The notes under the pieces: generated by a model
Database searches by the model: none
Told to the model about the DNA's origin: nothing
Seen by the model: only the letters and a program-made list of their open reading frames with translations
Source of the DNA: Victivallales bacterium
Lineage (GTDB): Bacteria > Verrucomicrobiota > Lentisphaeria > Victivallales > SZUA-371
Assembly (NCBI GenBank): GCA_028691155.1
Contig: JAQUZV010000001.1
Location: 1 to 28,521, forward strand
Direction of reading: 5' to 3'
DNA: 28,521 nt
In this document: one piece after another, positions 1-9,063 of the stretch
Layout: the number at the start of each line of letters is the position of its first letter
Position numbering within the stretch: the first letter of the stretch is position 1
Made by a program: the position numbers and the translations under genes

Positions 1-1
1 C

Positions 2-3000
2 GGCGGTATTTATTCCATCAAAAATACGGTGACGATCAGCAACAGTATGTTGTTGGGGAACAAGACCGAAAATGGCGATGGTGCCGGCGCTTTCTTCTCC
101 GGCGTGATAGCGAATATTTCCCAGTCATCGATCGGGTATAATTATGCGGCTTACGGTCATGGCGGCGGTATTTCTTCCGATTCGTCGAATGTCACGCTGG
201 TCAATACCACGGTGAGCAATCATATGGCCGGGTACAACGGCGGCGGTATTGCGGTTTTCGGCGGCGGTACGTTGACGGTCAACTATTCTACCATTGCCAA
301 TAATAGTGCCGGTGCGGACAGTTATCTGCTGAACGATGGCGGCGGCATCTATCAGTCGGCCGGTTCTCTGGTTCTGTCGAATTCGATTTTATCGCAGAAT
401 TGGCAGATCTCGGTGACTAAAGGCGTTGTGACGTCCAGGTCTCATAACGACTATTACAGTGCCATGAGATATCCGCTGATTACCAGTAACTACAGCATTG
501 TCGGAGTGACCAATTGCGATAGTTCTTTTGTCGGCATTCACAATTACATCTACGGGAACGGTGATTATTCCTGGGGAGAATTGATGATCGACGGTACCAT
601 GGCCGCCAACGGCAACAACAGCCTGGGTAACATAACCCTGACGGTTTATGTTCAGGGCGGCAGTATTGCCTGTGGTCATGCCAAATACGATTCGGCGGTC
701 ACTGTTGACCAGCGCGGGAGGACTCGTTCCACTACGGCTCCCACCATTGGCGCGTATGAAAAAGGTGAGATTGTTTATTACTATTACGGCACTGCCGATG
801 ATGATCCCAATAACTTGTCCCTGTGGGCAACGGTGGATGGGGAGCATCCGAATGATTTTACGGCGCCGGAACAGACTTTTTCTTTCGATTCGAAAGTCGC
901 CGCGGATGTCAACCTTTCGGTTTCCTGGGATGTCGGCCGCCGTTGCGAGGTGAAAGTAGTCAGTGGATCGGTCAATGTTATAGCCGGGGCGATTACCGTC
1001 GAATATATGACGGTTGTGTCCGGTGGAACGTTGATCGTCAGCGGCGGGGCGTATTCCGGCAGTGTTACGGTGGAAGGTGTTCTGGTAATTGCAGCGGCGG
1101 ACGCCAGTGTTTCCAATATGACGATTGCGAGCACCACGGCGACCAGTACGGTCCAATATTCCTACAACGGCTTTCAGCAGATGAAGGTTCTCAGCGGCGG
1201 TTACGGCAACTTGGTAATCGGCGGCAGCGGCATGAAATATTATGCCGGTAATCTGGTGGTTAAAGGAAACTTGGGTTTTGCCGGGGACGATGCGGTTTAT
1301 CTTTACAGTAGTAACTTGACCGTTAACGGGGCAATTATTTCCACCGCTTCTACTTCCCCGGCATATATCTATGCTGCCGATATTACCGTCGGATCGATCG
1401 ATTATTCGACCGGCTATTTGTCGATAACCGGCAATAGCCTGACGGCAACCGGCGATGTTTTGTTGGTGGGCTCGATGACGGTAGCCAATGATATTGTGAT
1501 TTCCGGTGATGCCGCGGTGACTGGCAATATGTCCGGTTCATCCTTGCAGGTCGGCGGTGATTTGGCATTGACGGATGGGACTTCCTCCTTTACCACTACG
1601 GTGCAGTTGGGTGGCAATTTGTTGTTGAACCGGGCCGTATTGGCATCCGGCGGCAATTTGTCGTTCAACAACAGCGCGGCGGTGGTGGCGGTGCGCGGCA
1701 ATGGGGCCAGTTCGATTAGGACGGGTGGTTTGATTTATACCGCCGGAGTTGCGACCGGACCGGCATTCGACGTGGGAAATGGTGTCGGCGATATGTCGTC
1801 GCTGACGGTGGAATTTACCGGTGACGTGGATTTGGCGCTTTATGATGTTTCTCTGCCGGTCGGATCCTGGGATTGGACCTATGATGTGGATTTGGCTCGG
1901 GTTTATGCCGGTAGTACTTTGTGGTTTTCTACGAACGGGACCGTCGGTTCCCATGTCGTCAACGGCGCGGCGAATATTTCCGGGACGCTGGGTATTTCCG
2001 CCAATCGACTTGATCCGCTGGAAATTGATATTGCCAACGGAAGCCTGATTTTGAAAAGCATCGAGGCCATTCAGCTGGCCGGATTGACCGTCAATGGTTC
2101 CATTACCTTTGCCGGCAATGTTGACTTGGTTGAAAATGACACGGTGGTGGTGACCTCTAAAAATGGATCGGTGGGATTTACCGGCAAGTTGAATGGTAAC
2201 GGCCGTTCGCTGTTGATCAATGGCAATACCTCGGTAACGCTGACCGATTTGTCCGCGTTGACTAATTTGACGGTGAATTCCAATGACATTCGAGTTGGTG
2301 GTACTATTGTCGCTTCCGGCGTGGTGGATTTCAGCGCTGACAATGTGGTGACGGTGAACGATAATGCGGTTATTGCGGCGCAGCAACTTTTGGCTCATGA
2401 TTTTATGGGTAGTTCCGGAACGGAAAGTCTGACGCTCAATATCGCCGATGGTTTCAGTACCTCCTCGATCAGCAATTTGGGCCATCTCAGCTTATACGGC
2501 GGCAACTATGCGATTGACAGCATTACGGCATTGCAACAACTTAGCAACTATGCGGGACTGAATGTGACCGCGATAAGCGTTGGATCGTTGTATAATGCGG
2601 GCAACCTGGCGGTTACCGATGTCGCCGTTTTTACCGGCAATATCAACAATGTGGCCGGTGCAACGATGGTGGTAAATGACCTGTTTGTGTCGGGTACGGC
2701 TTGGCAGTCCATCACTTCGCCGGGATATTTCCAGGTCGACAATCTGAATGTGATGAATGGGAATGGGGTCGAGGTTGCGGGAGGCAATATTCGAGTCGAC
2801 AATATTGCCTGGGCAACCGACGCCGGCAATGTGGTGTTGAGCGGCGGCAATCTTTATCTGACCAATGATCCACTGGTACGGCCCAATTACCAGTATTTTG
2901 AGACTACCGGCACCGGGATGTTGTATCGTCAGGTCGGTACCGGTTCGGATACTTCATATCTGGTGGGAACGGCGACCGGCTATGCCGACGTTCTGTTGCA

Positions 3001-3775
3001 GGCCGGCAGTGGCAATGGCTGGATTGGGATAAGGGCAACCGACGGGGTTGCCGCGCATAATGTCTATGCCCCGAAGAATAACATTCGCGGGCTGGAAGAT
3101 ACGATCAAGTTGACCTTTACCGCGGATGCTTCCCAATTCGCCGGCACTTTTGCGGCGGACTTCGGCAATGAGATTTCAAGTACGGTACTGGGATCGAATT
3201 TCGATCCGGACGATTACAGTCTCTATCAGTATACCAATGCCTGGAATAAGACCACGTGGCTGTCTTCCGGTGATTTTATCTTTGCCAACAGTACCGGCGT
3301 TGAATTCCGGGCCGAAGGGGTGCTGGATTATCCGACCGAGGGTTGGACGATTGACAATGTGGACAATACCAGTGACTGGTATGGCGAATTCGGGCCGGGT
3401 GGATATGCGACTCCGACCCAATTTCTGCTTACTCCGGCGGATCTGAGCGGGTTCACCATTACTCCGGCGGCCAGTCGCGGTTTCAGTCTGATCGGCTTCG
3501 GCAGCGATATCGGCAATTCGTTGGATATCATGCCGCAGAACGGCGAATACGGCGTCAATCCGTATGCCGGCGGCTTCCAGCTTCTGGGCGATTCGACTTT
3601 CGAAGCATTGGATAACGATTTCGGGTTCCGGTTGGATGAAGAAGAAATGGAAATCCGCGATCTGGAACAGGAGCTCGATTACCTTGGCTTCGAAGGCATT
3701 GACCAGCTTATGGCCAAGAATGACATGTTCAAATCCGGATATGACGCGGCAATGGAAGATTTCCTGGCCTGCTGA
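2..3775 (+). CDS. Large secreted or surface beta-helical protein (Pmp-like GG[A/G]I repeats, choice-of-anchor Q-like domain); 5' end lies outside the window
   Basis: Frame is open from base 2 (GGIYSIKNT-VTISNS), so the GTG at 29 is internal. Repeated GGGI/GGGIYQ motifs. The segment GSIACGHA...VDQRGRTR...PTIGAYE (DQRG at 707) matches the choice-of-anchor Q signature. Long G/N/T/V-rich beta-strand repeats and an acidic C-terminal tail. Confidence 0.8.
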   Translation, partial: GGIYSIKNTVTISNSMLLGNKTENGDGAGAFFSGVIANISQSSIGYNYAAYGHGGGISSDSSNVTLVNTTVSNHMAGYNGGGIAVFGGGTLTVNYSTIANNSAGADSYLLNDGGGIYQSAGSLVLSNSILSQNWQISVTKGVVTSRSHNDYYSAMRYPLITSNYSIVGVTNCDSSFVGIHNYIYGNGDYSWGELMIDGTMAANGNNSLGNITLTVYVQGGSIACGHAKYDSAVTVDQRGRTRSTTAPTIGAYEKGEIVYYYYGTADDDPNNLSLWATVDGEHPNDFTAPEQTFSFDSKVAADVNLSVSWDVGRRCEVKVVSGSVNVIAGAITVEYMTVVSGGTLIVSGGAYSGSVTVEGVLVIAAADASVSNMTIASTTATSTVQYSYNGFQQMKVLSGGYGNLVIGGSGMKYYAGNLVVKGNLGFAGDDAVYLYSSNLTVNGAIISTASTSPAYIYAADITVGSIDYSTGYLSITGNSLTATGDVLLVGSMTVANDIVISGDAAVTGNMSGSSLQVGGDLALTDGTSSFTTTVQLGGNLLLNRAVLASGGNLSFNNSAAVVAVRGNGASSIRTGGLIYTAGVATGPAFDVGNGVGDMSSLTVEFTGDVDLALYDVSLPVGSWDWTYDVDLARVYAGSTLWFSTNGTVGSHVVNGAANISGTLGISANRLDPLEIDIANGSLILKSIEAIQLAGLTVNGSITFAGNVDLVENDTVVVTSKNGSVGFTGKLNGNGRSLLINGNTSVTLTDLSALTNLTVNSNDIRVGGTIVASGVVDFSADNVVTVNDNAVIAAQQLLAHDFMGSSGTESLTLNIADGFSTSSISNLGHLSLYGGNYAIDSITALQQLSNYAGLNVTAISVGSLYNAGNLAVTDVAVFTGNINNVAGATMVVNDLFVSGTAWQSITSPGYFQVDNLNVMNGNGVEVAGGNIRVDNIAWATDAGNVVLSGGNLYLTNDPLVRPNYQYFETTGTGMLYRQVGTGSDTSYLVGTATGYADVLLQAGSGNGWIGIRATDGVAAHNVYAPKNNIRGLEDTIKLTFTADASQFAGTFAADFGNEISSTVLGSNFDPDDYSLYQYTNAWNKTTWLSSGDFIFANSTGVEFRAEGVLDYPTEGWTIDNVDNTSDWYGEFGPGGYATPTQFLLTPADLSGFTITPAASRGFSLIGFGSDIGNSLDIMPQNGEYGVNPYAGGFQLLGDSTFEALDNDFGFRLDEEEMEIRDLEQELDYLGFEGIDQLMAKNDMFKSGYDAAMEDFLAC

Positions 3776-3797
3776 TCGGAAATAACGTCGTCAACTG

Positions 3798-3837
3798 TCG
3801 CCGTCCGGTATGTGGTGCCGGGCGGCGAATTCTTTTT
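3798..3837 (+). terminator. Intrinsic terminator
   Basis: tcgccg-tccggta / tgtgg / tgccggg-cggcga stem followed by attcttttt, 22 nt after the stop codon. Confidence 0.8.
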
Positions 3838-4017
3838 CCTGGTTATGGTCCGAAAAAACTTTCCTTACTGGAAAAATACGTTGTGGCGTAGTAGTATATA
3901 ACGGCTTGCCGTTCAGATTTTGCCGGTGATGGCCGGTGTTTTCGACCGGACGTCTTTGGCCTTTTCCCGATAAAAAACAGACTCGTAATGATGAAGAGAT
4001 AAAAGGAAGGGAATCCC

Positions 4018-5775
4018 ATGAAAATTACGTGGTTGGACTGGTTGATTGTTGCTCTGTCCGTTGCCGTTTGTGCTATTCCGGTATTACTGATGATGAAGCG
4101 CTCCAGTCGTGGAACCGCGGAATTTTTTGCCTCCGGACGTTCGGCGCCGTGGTGGCTGATCGGGGTTTCGATGGTGGCCACGACGTTCAGTACGGATACG
4201 CCGAATCTGGTGTGTAATATTGTGCGACAGAACGGGGTGTGCGGGAACTGGGTATGGTGGGCATTTCTGCTTACCGGGATGTTGACGGTTTTCTTCTATG
4301 CCCGACTGTGGCGGCGTTCCGGGGTTTTGACCGACCTGGAATTTTATGAATTGCGTTATTCCGGGAAGGCCGCGAGTGCGGTGCGCGGATTCCGGGCCGT
4401 TTATCTCGGACTGTTTTTCAATTGTGTGATTATGGCGGCGGTCAATCTGGCGGCGGTCAAGATCGCCAATGTGGTTTTCGGGTTGCCGATGGGAACGACT
4501 CTGATTATCTGCGGGTTGCTCAATGTGGCCTTTTCGGCGACGTCCGGGTTGTGGGGGGTAATGCTGGTGGACATGATTCAGTTTGGCATTGCCATGACCG
4601 GGGCGATTCTGCTGGCGGTTTTTGCTTTGCGTCAGCCGGAAGTCGGGGGCCTGTCCGGACTGGTGGCCCGGTTGCCGGCCGACAAACTGGCGTTTCTGCC
4701 GGCAGTATCCAATTATGAACAGTTGATTACGGTGTTGGTGTTGCCGCTGACGGTGTTGTGGTGGTGTGTCTGGTATCCCGGCAGTGAACCCGGCGGCGGC
4801 AGCTACATTGCCCAGCGGATGCTGGCGGCCAAGTCGGAACGGGATGCTCTCGGTGGGACCCTTTTCTTCAATCTGGCGCACTATGCGTTGCGGCCGTGGC
4901 CGTGGGTGTTGGTGGGGCTGGCGTCGATTCTGGTTTATCCGACCTTGGCGGACATCCATCGGGTGTTTCCCCATATTCCCGAAAATTTGATGGGCGACGA
5001 CCTGGGGTATTCAGCGATGATGCGTTTCCTGCCGCCGGGAGTTTTGGGGTTGATGATTGCCGGAATGCTGGCGGCTTATATTTCGACGCTCAGTACGCAT
5101 TTGAACTGGGGCGCGTCCTATTTGGTACATGACTTTTACCGTCGTTTTATCCGGCGCGATGCTCCGGAACAGCATTATGTGGCGATGGGACGAATTGTGA
5201 CGGCGGTACTGATGATTCTTTCCGGTTTTCTGACCTATGGGCTGGAAACGTCCAAGGGGGCTTTTGATTTGCTGCTTTCCATCGGTGCCGGAACGGGGTT
5301 GCTTTATTTGTTGCGGTGGTTCTGGTGGCGGATCAACGCTTGGAGTGAAATTGCCGCCATGGTTTCTTCCTTTGCGATGGCGGTATTGTTTGTAGTGCTC
5401 AAATATTTCGGGCATGATTTCTCCTCCAATTTCATCTTGTTAAGTTCCATTGCCTGTACTACCTTGATCTGGGTGCTGGTGACGTTCCTGACCCGGCCGG
5501 AATCGAATGAAGTGCTGGAATCGTTTTTCCGCAAAGTGCATCCGGCCGGACCGGGATGGGGACCGATCCGGAAAAAATGTTCCGACGTAGCGGTGGTGGA
5601 TAGCATGACGTTATCGCTGTTGGGATGGATTTTGGGGGTCAGTATGGTCTGGTCGGCGTTGTTTTCCGTCGGCAGTTTCATGTTCGGCGACACTACCTCC
5701 GGGGTTGTTCTTACGGGAGTCTTTGTGATTTCGACGGGAATTCTGGTGCCGTTGCTGCGGCGGCTGTGGCGATAG
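4018..5775 (+). CDS. Sodium:solute symporter (SSS) family transporter
   Basis: 585 aa with many hydrophobic helices. SSS motifs FFASGRSAPWWLIGVSMVATTFS, YIAQRMLAAK and AAYISTLSTHLN. Purine-rich RBS upstream. Confidence 0.92.
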   Translation: MKITWLDWLIVALSVAVCAIPVLLMMKRSSRGTAEFFASGRSAPWWLIGVSMVATTFSTDTPNLVCNIVRQNGVCGNWVWWAFLLTGMLTVFFYARLWRRSGVLTDLEFYELRYSGKAASAVRGFRAVYLGLFFNCVIMAAVNLAAVKIANVVFGLPMGTTLIICGLLNVAFSATSGLWGVMLVDMIQFGIAMTGAILLAVFALRQPEVGGLSGLVARLPADKLAFLPAVSNYEQLITVLVLPLTVLWWCVWYPGSEPGGGSYIAQRMLAAKSERDALGGTLFFNLAHYALRPWPWVLVGLASILVYPTLADIHRVFPHIPENLMGDDLGYSAMMRFLPPGVLGLMIAGMLAAYISTLSTHLNWGASYLVHDFYRRFIRRDAPEQHYVAMGRIVTAVLMILSGFLTYGLETSKGAFDLLLSIGAGTGLLYLLRWFWWRINAWSEIAAMVSSFAMAVLFVVLKYFGHDFSSNFILLSSIACTTLIWVLVTFLTRPESNEVLESFFRKVHPAGPGWGPIRKKCSDVAVVDSMTLSLLGWILGVSMVWSALFSVGSFMFGDTTSGVVLTGVFVISTGILVPLLRRLWR

Positions 5776-5867
5776 TTGGTGGTGATATTGCATGACGGCG
5801 GCGGCCGAAGTAGAAATTTCAGGTTGCCGCCCGTCGGGTCGAGATCGGACTTTAACCGGGAAAGACA

Positions 5868-6254
5868 ATGCACGGGTTATTGTGGTTTTATGTGGTGGTG
5901 TATGGGGTGTTGCTGCTGGGCAATGCTTATTTCTGGCTGAGACATCATGGCCAGCCGGGAATTTTGCTTTATGAGCTGTTGTCCGGAACTTATTTACTTT
6001 TTATGGTGCTGTTGTTCATTTATCCGTCCTGGCAGCAAGGGGCGGTGATGCTGTGGCTGACGATGGCGGTGCCGATGGTTTTGGGGGCGGAATGTTATTT
6101 GGCGATTTTCGGTGATTTGGAAAAACACCTGAAAACGGTATCGGATCACCGGATGACGGGGGCGGAATTGGAAACGGCCCGGGGTATTTCAGTATTGTTT
6201 TCCGCTCCGGCTTACATTATTGCCGCCAAAGTTTTCATTGACCGTTTCTTCTGA
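5868..6254 (+). CDS. Hypothetical membrane protein (128 aa, about 4 TM)
   Basis: ATG preceded by ggaaaga; alternating hydrophobic segments; same strand as the symporter, 92 nt downstream. Confidence 0.7.
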   Translation: MHGLLWFYVVVYGVLLLGNAYFWLRHHGQPGILLYELLSGTYLLFMVLLFIYPSWQQGAVMLWLTMAVPMVLGAECYLAIFGDLEKHLKTVSDHRMTGAELETARGISVLFSAPAYIIAAKVFIDRFF

Positions 6255-6345
6255 TTTTCCGGCGGAGAGGGAATCATGGTTCCTGGGATGGGGTAAGCCG
6301 ATATTGGTTGCGTGGGGAGAAAATTAAGCGTGGGGGTGGGCGCAA

Positions 6346-6648
6346 ATGTTGTTATTGCTGTTGGAGGTGATGTTGCGCATCCTGGTTTGGGCCGGGTGTT
6401 TGTGGGGTGGGATGAAGTTAACCAAGCTTCAAGGCGATTTTCTGTCGCTTCTGATAATTGCCATTATTGCTACATTGTCGAGTTTTATACCTCTGGTTGG
6501 AACATTGATTTCGACGGTGGTCATGCTTATCTTGATTTGGCGGTGGCTGGGCTGCCGTTTTTGGCCGGATGCTGTATTGATGGTAGTTGTCGCCAAGATT
6601 ATCGGTATTGCCTTGGCCATGGTGTTGTTGCTGGTTCGGAGGGGGTAA
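6346..6648 (+). CDS. Hypothetical small membrane protein (100 aa, 3-4 TM)
   Basis: Almost entirely hydrophobic ORF with basic termini; G-rich RBS-like tract upstream. Confidence 0.65.
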   Translation: MLLLLLEVMLRILVWAGCLWGGMKLTKLQGDFLSLLIIAIIATLSSFIPLVGTLISTVVMLILIWRWLGCRFWPDAVLMVVVAKIIGIALAMVLLLVRRG

Positions 6649-6727
6649 TCCGGCCGGAGAGGGAGATATTCAAGGCGTTGCTTTCGTACCGTTATTGCTT
6701 TTTTTGCTCTAAATCCGGTAACGGCAC

Positions 6728-6756
6728 TTGATTAACCTCGGGGCAACTGTTATTAT
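6728..6756 (+). promoter_or_regulatory. Putative sigma70 promoter upstream of the acyltransferase
   Basis: TTGATT-17 nt-TATTAT. Confidence 0.55.
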
Positions 6757-6766
6757 TAGGAGAATA

Positions 6767-6859
6767 ATGATGTATAATAATTGGTTCTCCAAGCGATCTT
6801 CCGGTGCAGTAACTGCTCGTCATCTTCACTTGTTGTACCTGCATGATTCGAGAAAGTAA
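6767..6859 (+). CDS. Candidate 30-aa small ORF (MMYNNWFSKRSSGAVTARHLHLLYLHDSRK)
   Basis: AGGAGA at 6758-6763, ATG at 6767, TAA at 6857-6859; no homology recognised. Confidence 0.25.
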   Translation: MMYNNWFSKRSSGAVTARHLHLLYLHDSRK

Positions 6860-6961
6860 GTAGTATTTTCGTATGGTAACGACGACAATGGCGTTTCTGC
6901 CCGAGATGGCCGTTGGCGAAATCTAAGCGGCGCTTCCGGCCGGTAAATCAAGGGATAAGAG

Positions 6962-7918
6962 ATGTCGAAAACAGATAAAAAGCCCGAAAAAAATAAGTTT
7001 CAGATGTGGGTGGAATTCATTCCGTTCTGGTGCCTTTATCATATTATCCGGATGATGAATCTGCGGGTGGCATATTTTTTGAGTCGTCAGCTGTTCAAAG
7101 TTCTTTATGTGATCGATCGCCGTCACCGGGTTCGTTCCATTCAGCATCTGTTGCATGCCGGAGTGGCGCGGACGCCGCACGAGGCCAGGCATATGGCGCA
7201 CAAGGCTTATTTGAATTTTTCCATGCTGCTGGTGGAAATTTTCAAGTTCGACCAACTGGTGAAACCGGGCATGGTTGGCGTGGTAGGTGATCCGGAAACC
7301 ATCCGGGCGGCCTGTAAGCCTGAAGGCAATAACTGCAATGTGATTGTGGTAACGGCGCATTACGGCAATTGGGAACTGGCCGGGTCTTGTTGGGCGCAGC
7401 AATTCAGGATTCCGATGGTTTCGGTTTTTCGGCGCTTCGGCAACCCGTTGATCGGGAAGTATATTCTTGGCAGTCGCGAATCCAAATGGCATCAATCCGT
7501 TCCCAAGGAAGGCGGAATCAAAGGCATGCTGCGGGCGTTACGGGAAGGGAAAACCATTGCTATTCTGGCCGATCAACACGCCAAGACCAAGGAAGGGGTG
7601 GAAAACGTCTTTTTCGGTCAGCCGTGTCGAACTCATACCTCGCCGGCGTTGCTGCATTTGAAAACCGGCGTCCCGATCGTACCGGAACTGACCCGGCGTT
7701 GCGGCAATGGTTTTAATTTTGAATTTGTTGTCGGCGAGATGATCCGTTATACTCCCACCGGAGACAAGGAGAAAGATGTTCAGACCGTAGCCCAGATGTA
7801 TACTTCCGCCCTGGAGAAGCTGATCCGCGAAGAGCCGGAGCAGTGGATGTGGGCGCATCGGCGTTGGTTGAATATCAACCGCAAATCTTCCGCTGCTTCA
7901 TCAAGTCGTGCGGCTTGA
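6962..7918 (+). CDS. Lipid A biosynthesis / lysophospholipid acyltransferase (LpxL/HtrB family)
   Basis: Motifs VTAHYGNWE, ILADQH and QWMWAHRRW; N-terminal membrane anchor; 318 aa. Confidence 0.9.
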   Translation: MSKTDKKPEKNKFQMWVEFIPFWCLYHIIRMMNLRVAYFLSRQLFKVLYVIDRRHRVRSIQHLLHAGVARTPHEARHMAHKAYLNFSMLLVEIFKFDQLVKPGMVGVVGDPETIRAACKPEGNNCNVIVVTAHYGNWELAGSCWAQQFRIPMVSVFRRFGNPLIGKYILGSRESKWHQSVPKEGGIKGMLRALREGKTIAILADQHAKTKEGVENVFFGQPCRTHTSPALLHLKTGVPIVPELTRRCGNGFNFEFVVGEMIRYTPTGDKEKDVQTVAQMYTSALEKLIREEPEQWMWAHRRWLNINRKSSAASSSRAA

Positions 7919-8180
7919 CCGCCGGCAATTCGCGTTTCGGGGGTGCACAGGAACGTCGGGGCTGCTGTCTGGCATGAAGTGAGTGCTGTTCTGCCGGATA
8001 ATGGTCCGGAATCGGGTTCCCGATCGAATAGTCGATACGGAAAAGGTTGAAGGTAGGGCATTCGTTTCTAACCGGCCCGGCCGGAAACGTGATGATGGTC
8101 TCGATTATGCCACCACCGGGTTTTCGCCATGGGATTTGCCGGGCGGCGTTCCCCGGGCCGTATTTCGGATCATTTCCGGG

Positions 8181-8468
8181 CTAGTGGTGTTGTTCCTCCG
8201 GAGGCATGATGGAAATTTGTTCCGGGGGGATTTCCTGCGCTTCGACGTCAATGATTTCCGGCGTATCGGTGTTATTTTCTTCGGGCCGGTACGATTCTGA
8301 CCGGGGCTGCGGCCGGGAATTCCTGCCGAAGCGGTAAAAGCGAACGTTGCGACGTGATCCCGGCAACAGCAACAGGATAATAACGAGGGCCGGAAACAGC
8401 AGTATTGCCGCCGCAACGCCGACAACGAACATTACGCCCAGCAACAACAATTTTACCAGGGTTTTCAT
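8181..8468 (-). CDS. Hypothetical membrane protein (95 aa): N-terminal TM hairpin and acidic tail IIDVEA
   Basis: Start overlaps the trmL stop (ATGA), suggesting translational coupling; hydrophobic N-terminal half. Confidence 0.7.
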   Translation of the reverse strand: MKTLVKLLLLGVMFVVGVAAAILLFPALVIILLLLPGSRRNVRFYRFGRNSRPQPRSESYRPEENNTDTPEIIDVEAQEIPPEQISIMPPEEQHH

Positions 8469-8926
8469 CCGCGGTGTCTCCGCATGCCTTCGTAGGCGAC
8501 GACGGCGACGGAATTGGACAAATTAAGACTGCGGCAATGTTCGCCGGGCATGGGGATGGTATAAAGCCGTTCCCGGTAAACACGGTAAAATTCCGGCGGC
8601 AGGCCGTGTCCTTCATTGCCGAATACCAGATAACTGTCCGGTGCATAGGGGCAGTCCCAGAAAACCCGCTCGGTTTTGGTGGAAAAAAAATACATTTCGG
8701 CTTCGGGATTGCGACGCAGAAAGTCTTGCCAATCGTCATAGATCGCGACATCGAGATATTGCCAGTAATCCATGCCCGCCCGCCGGAGATATTTATCCTC
8801 CAGCGAAAACCCCAGCGGCCGGATCAGATGAAGACGGAAGCCGGCGTTGACGCAGATTCGACCGATACTGCCGGTATTCTGGGGAATTTCCGGACGGACC
8901 AGGACAATATTGAATTTAATTTTCAT
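8465..8926 (-). CDS. trmL: tRNA (cytidine/uridine-34 2'-O)-methyltransferase, SPOUT family
   Basis: Motifs PEIPQNTGSIGR, RRAGMDYW, LVFGNEGHGL and RSLNLSNSVAVVAYE. Confidence 0.95.
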   Translation of the reverse strand: MKIKFNIVLVRPEIPQNTGSIGRICVNAGFRLHLIRPLGFSLEDKYLRRAGMDYWQYLDVAIYDDWQDFLRRNPEAEMYFFSTKTERVFWDCPYAPDSYLVFGNEGHGLPPEFYRVYRERLYTIPMPGEHCRSLNLSNSVAVVAYEGMRRHRG

Positions 8927-8996
8927 ATGGATTAAAACCTCTTTCCTGAAGGCAATGTAGACGCATTAAAATATTTTTCAAATCACGGATCGCAAC

Positions 8997-9025
8997 TTGC
9001 AATAATCCTTTTTAGGAATTAGATT
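8997..9025 (+). promoter_or_regulatory. Putative sigma70 promoter for lipoprotein-ppdK
   Basis: TTGCAA-17 nt-TAGATT. Confidence 0.5.
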
Positions 9026-9063
9026 TGAAACGATTTGACTGTAAACTATTACTGGAGACCGTT

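Noticed and set aside
7919-8180. 260-bp gap between convergent genes containing small dyads (atcggg-tt-cccgat)
   Set aside because: No promoter, U-tailed terminator or RNA-family motif; the overlapping ORFs look spurious
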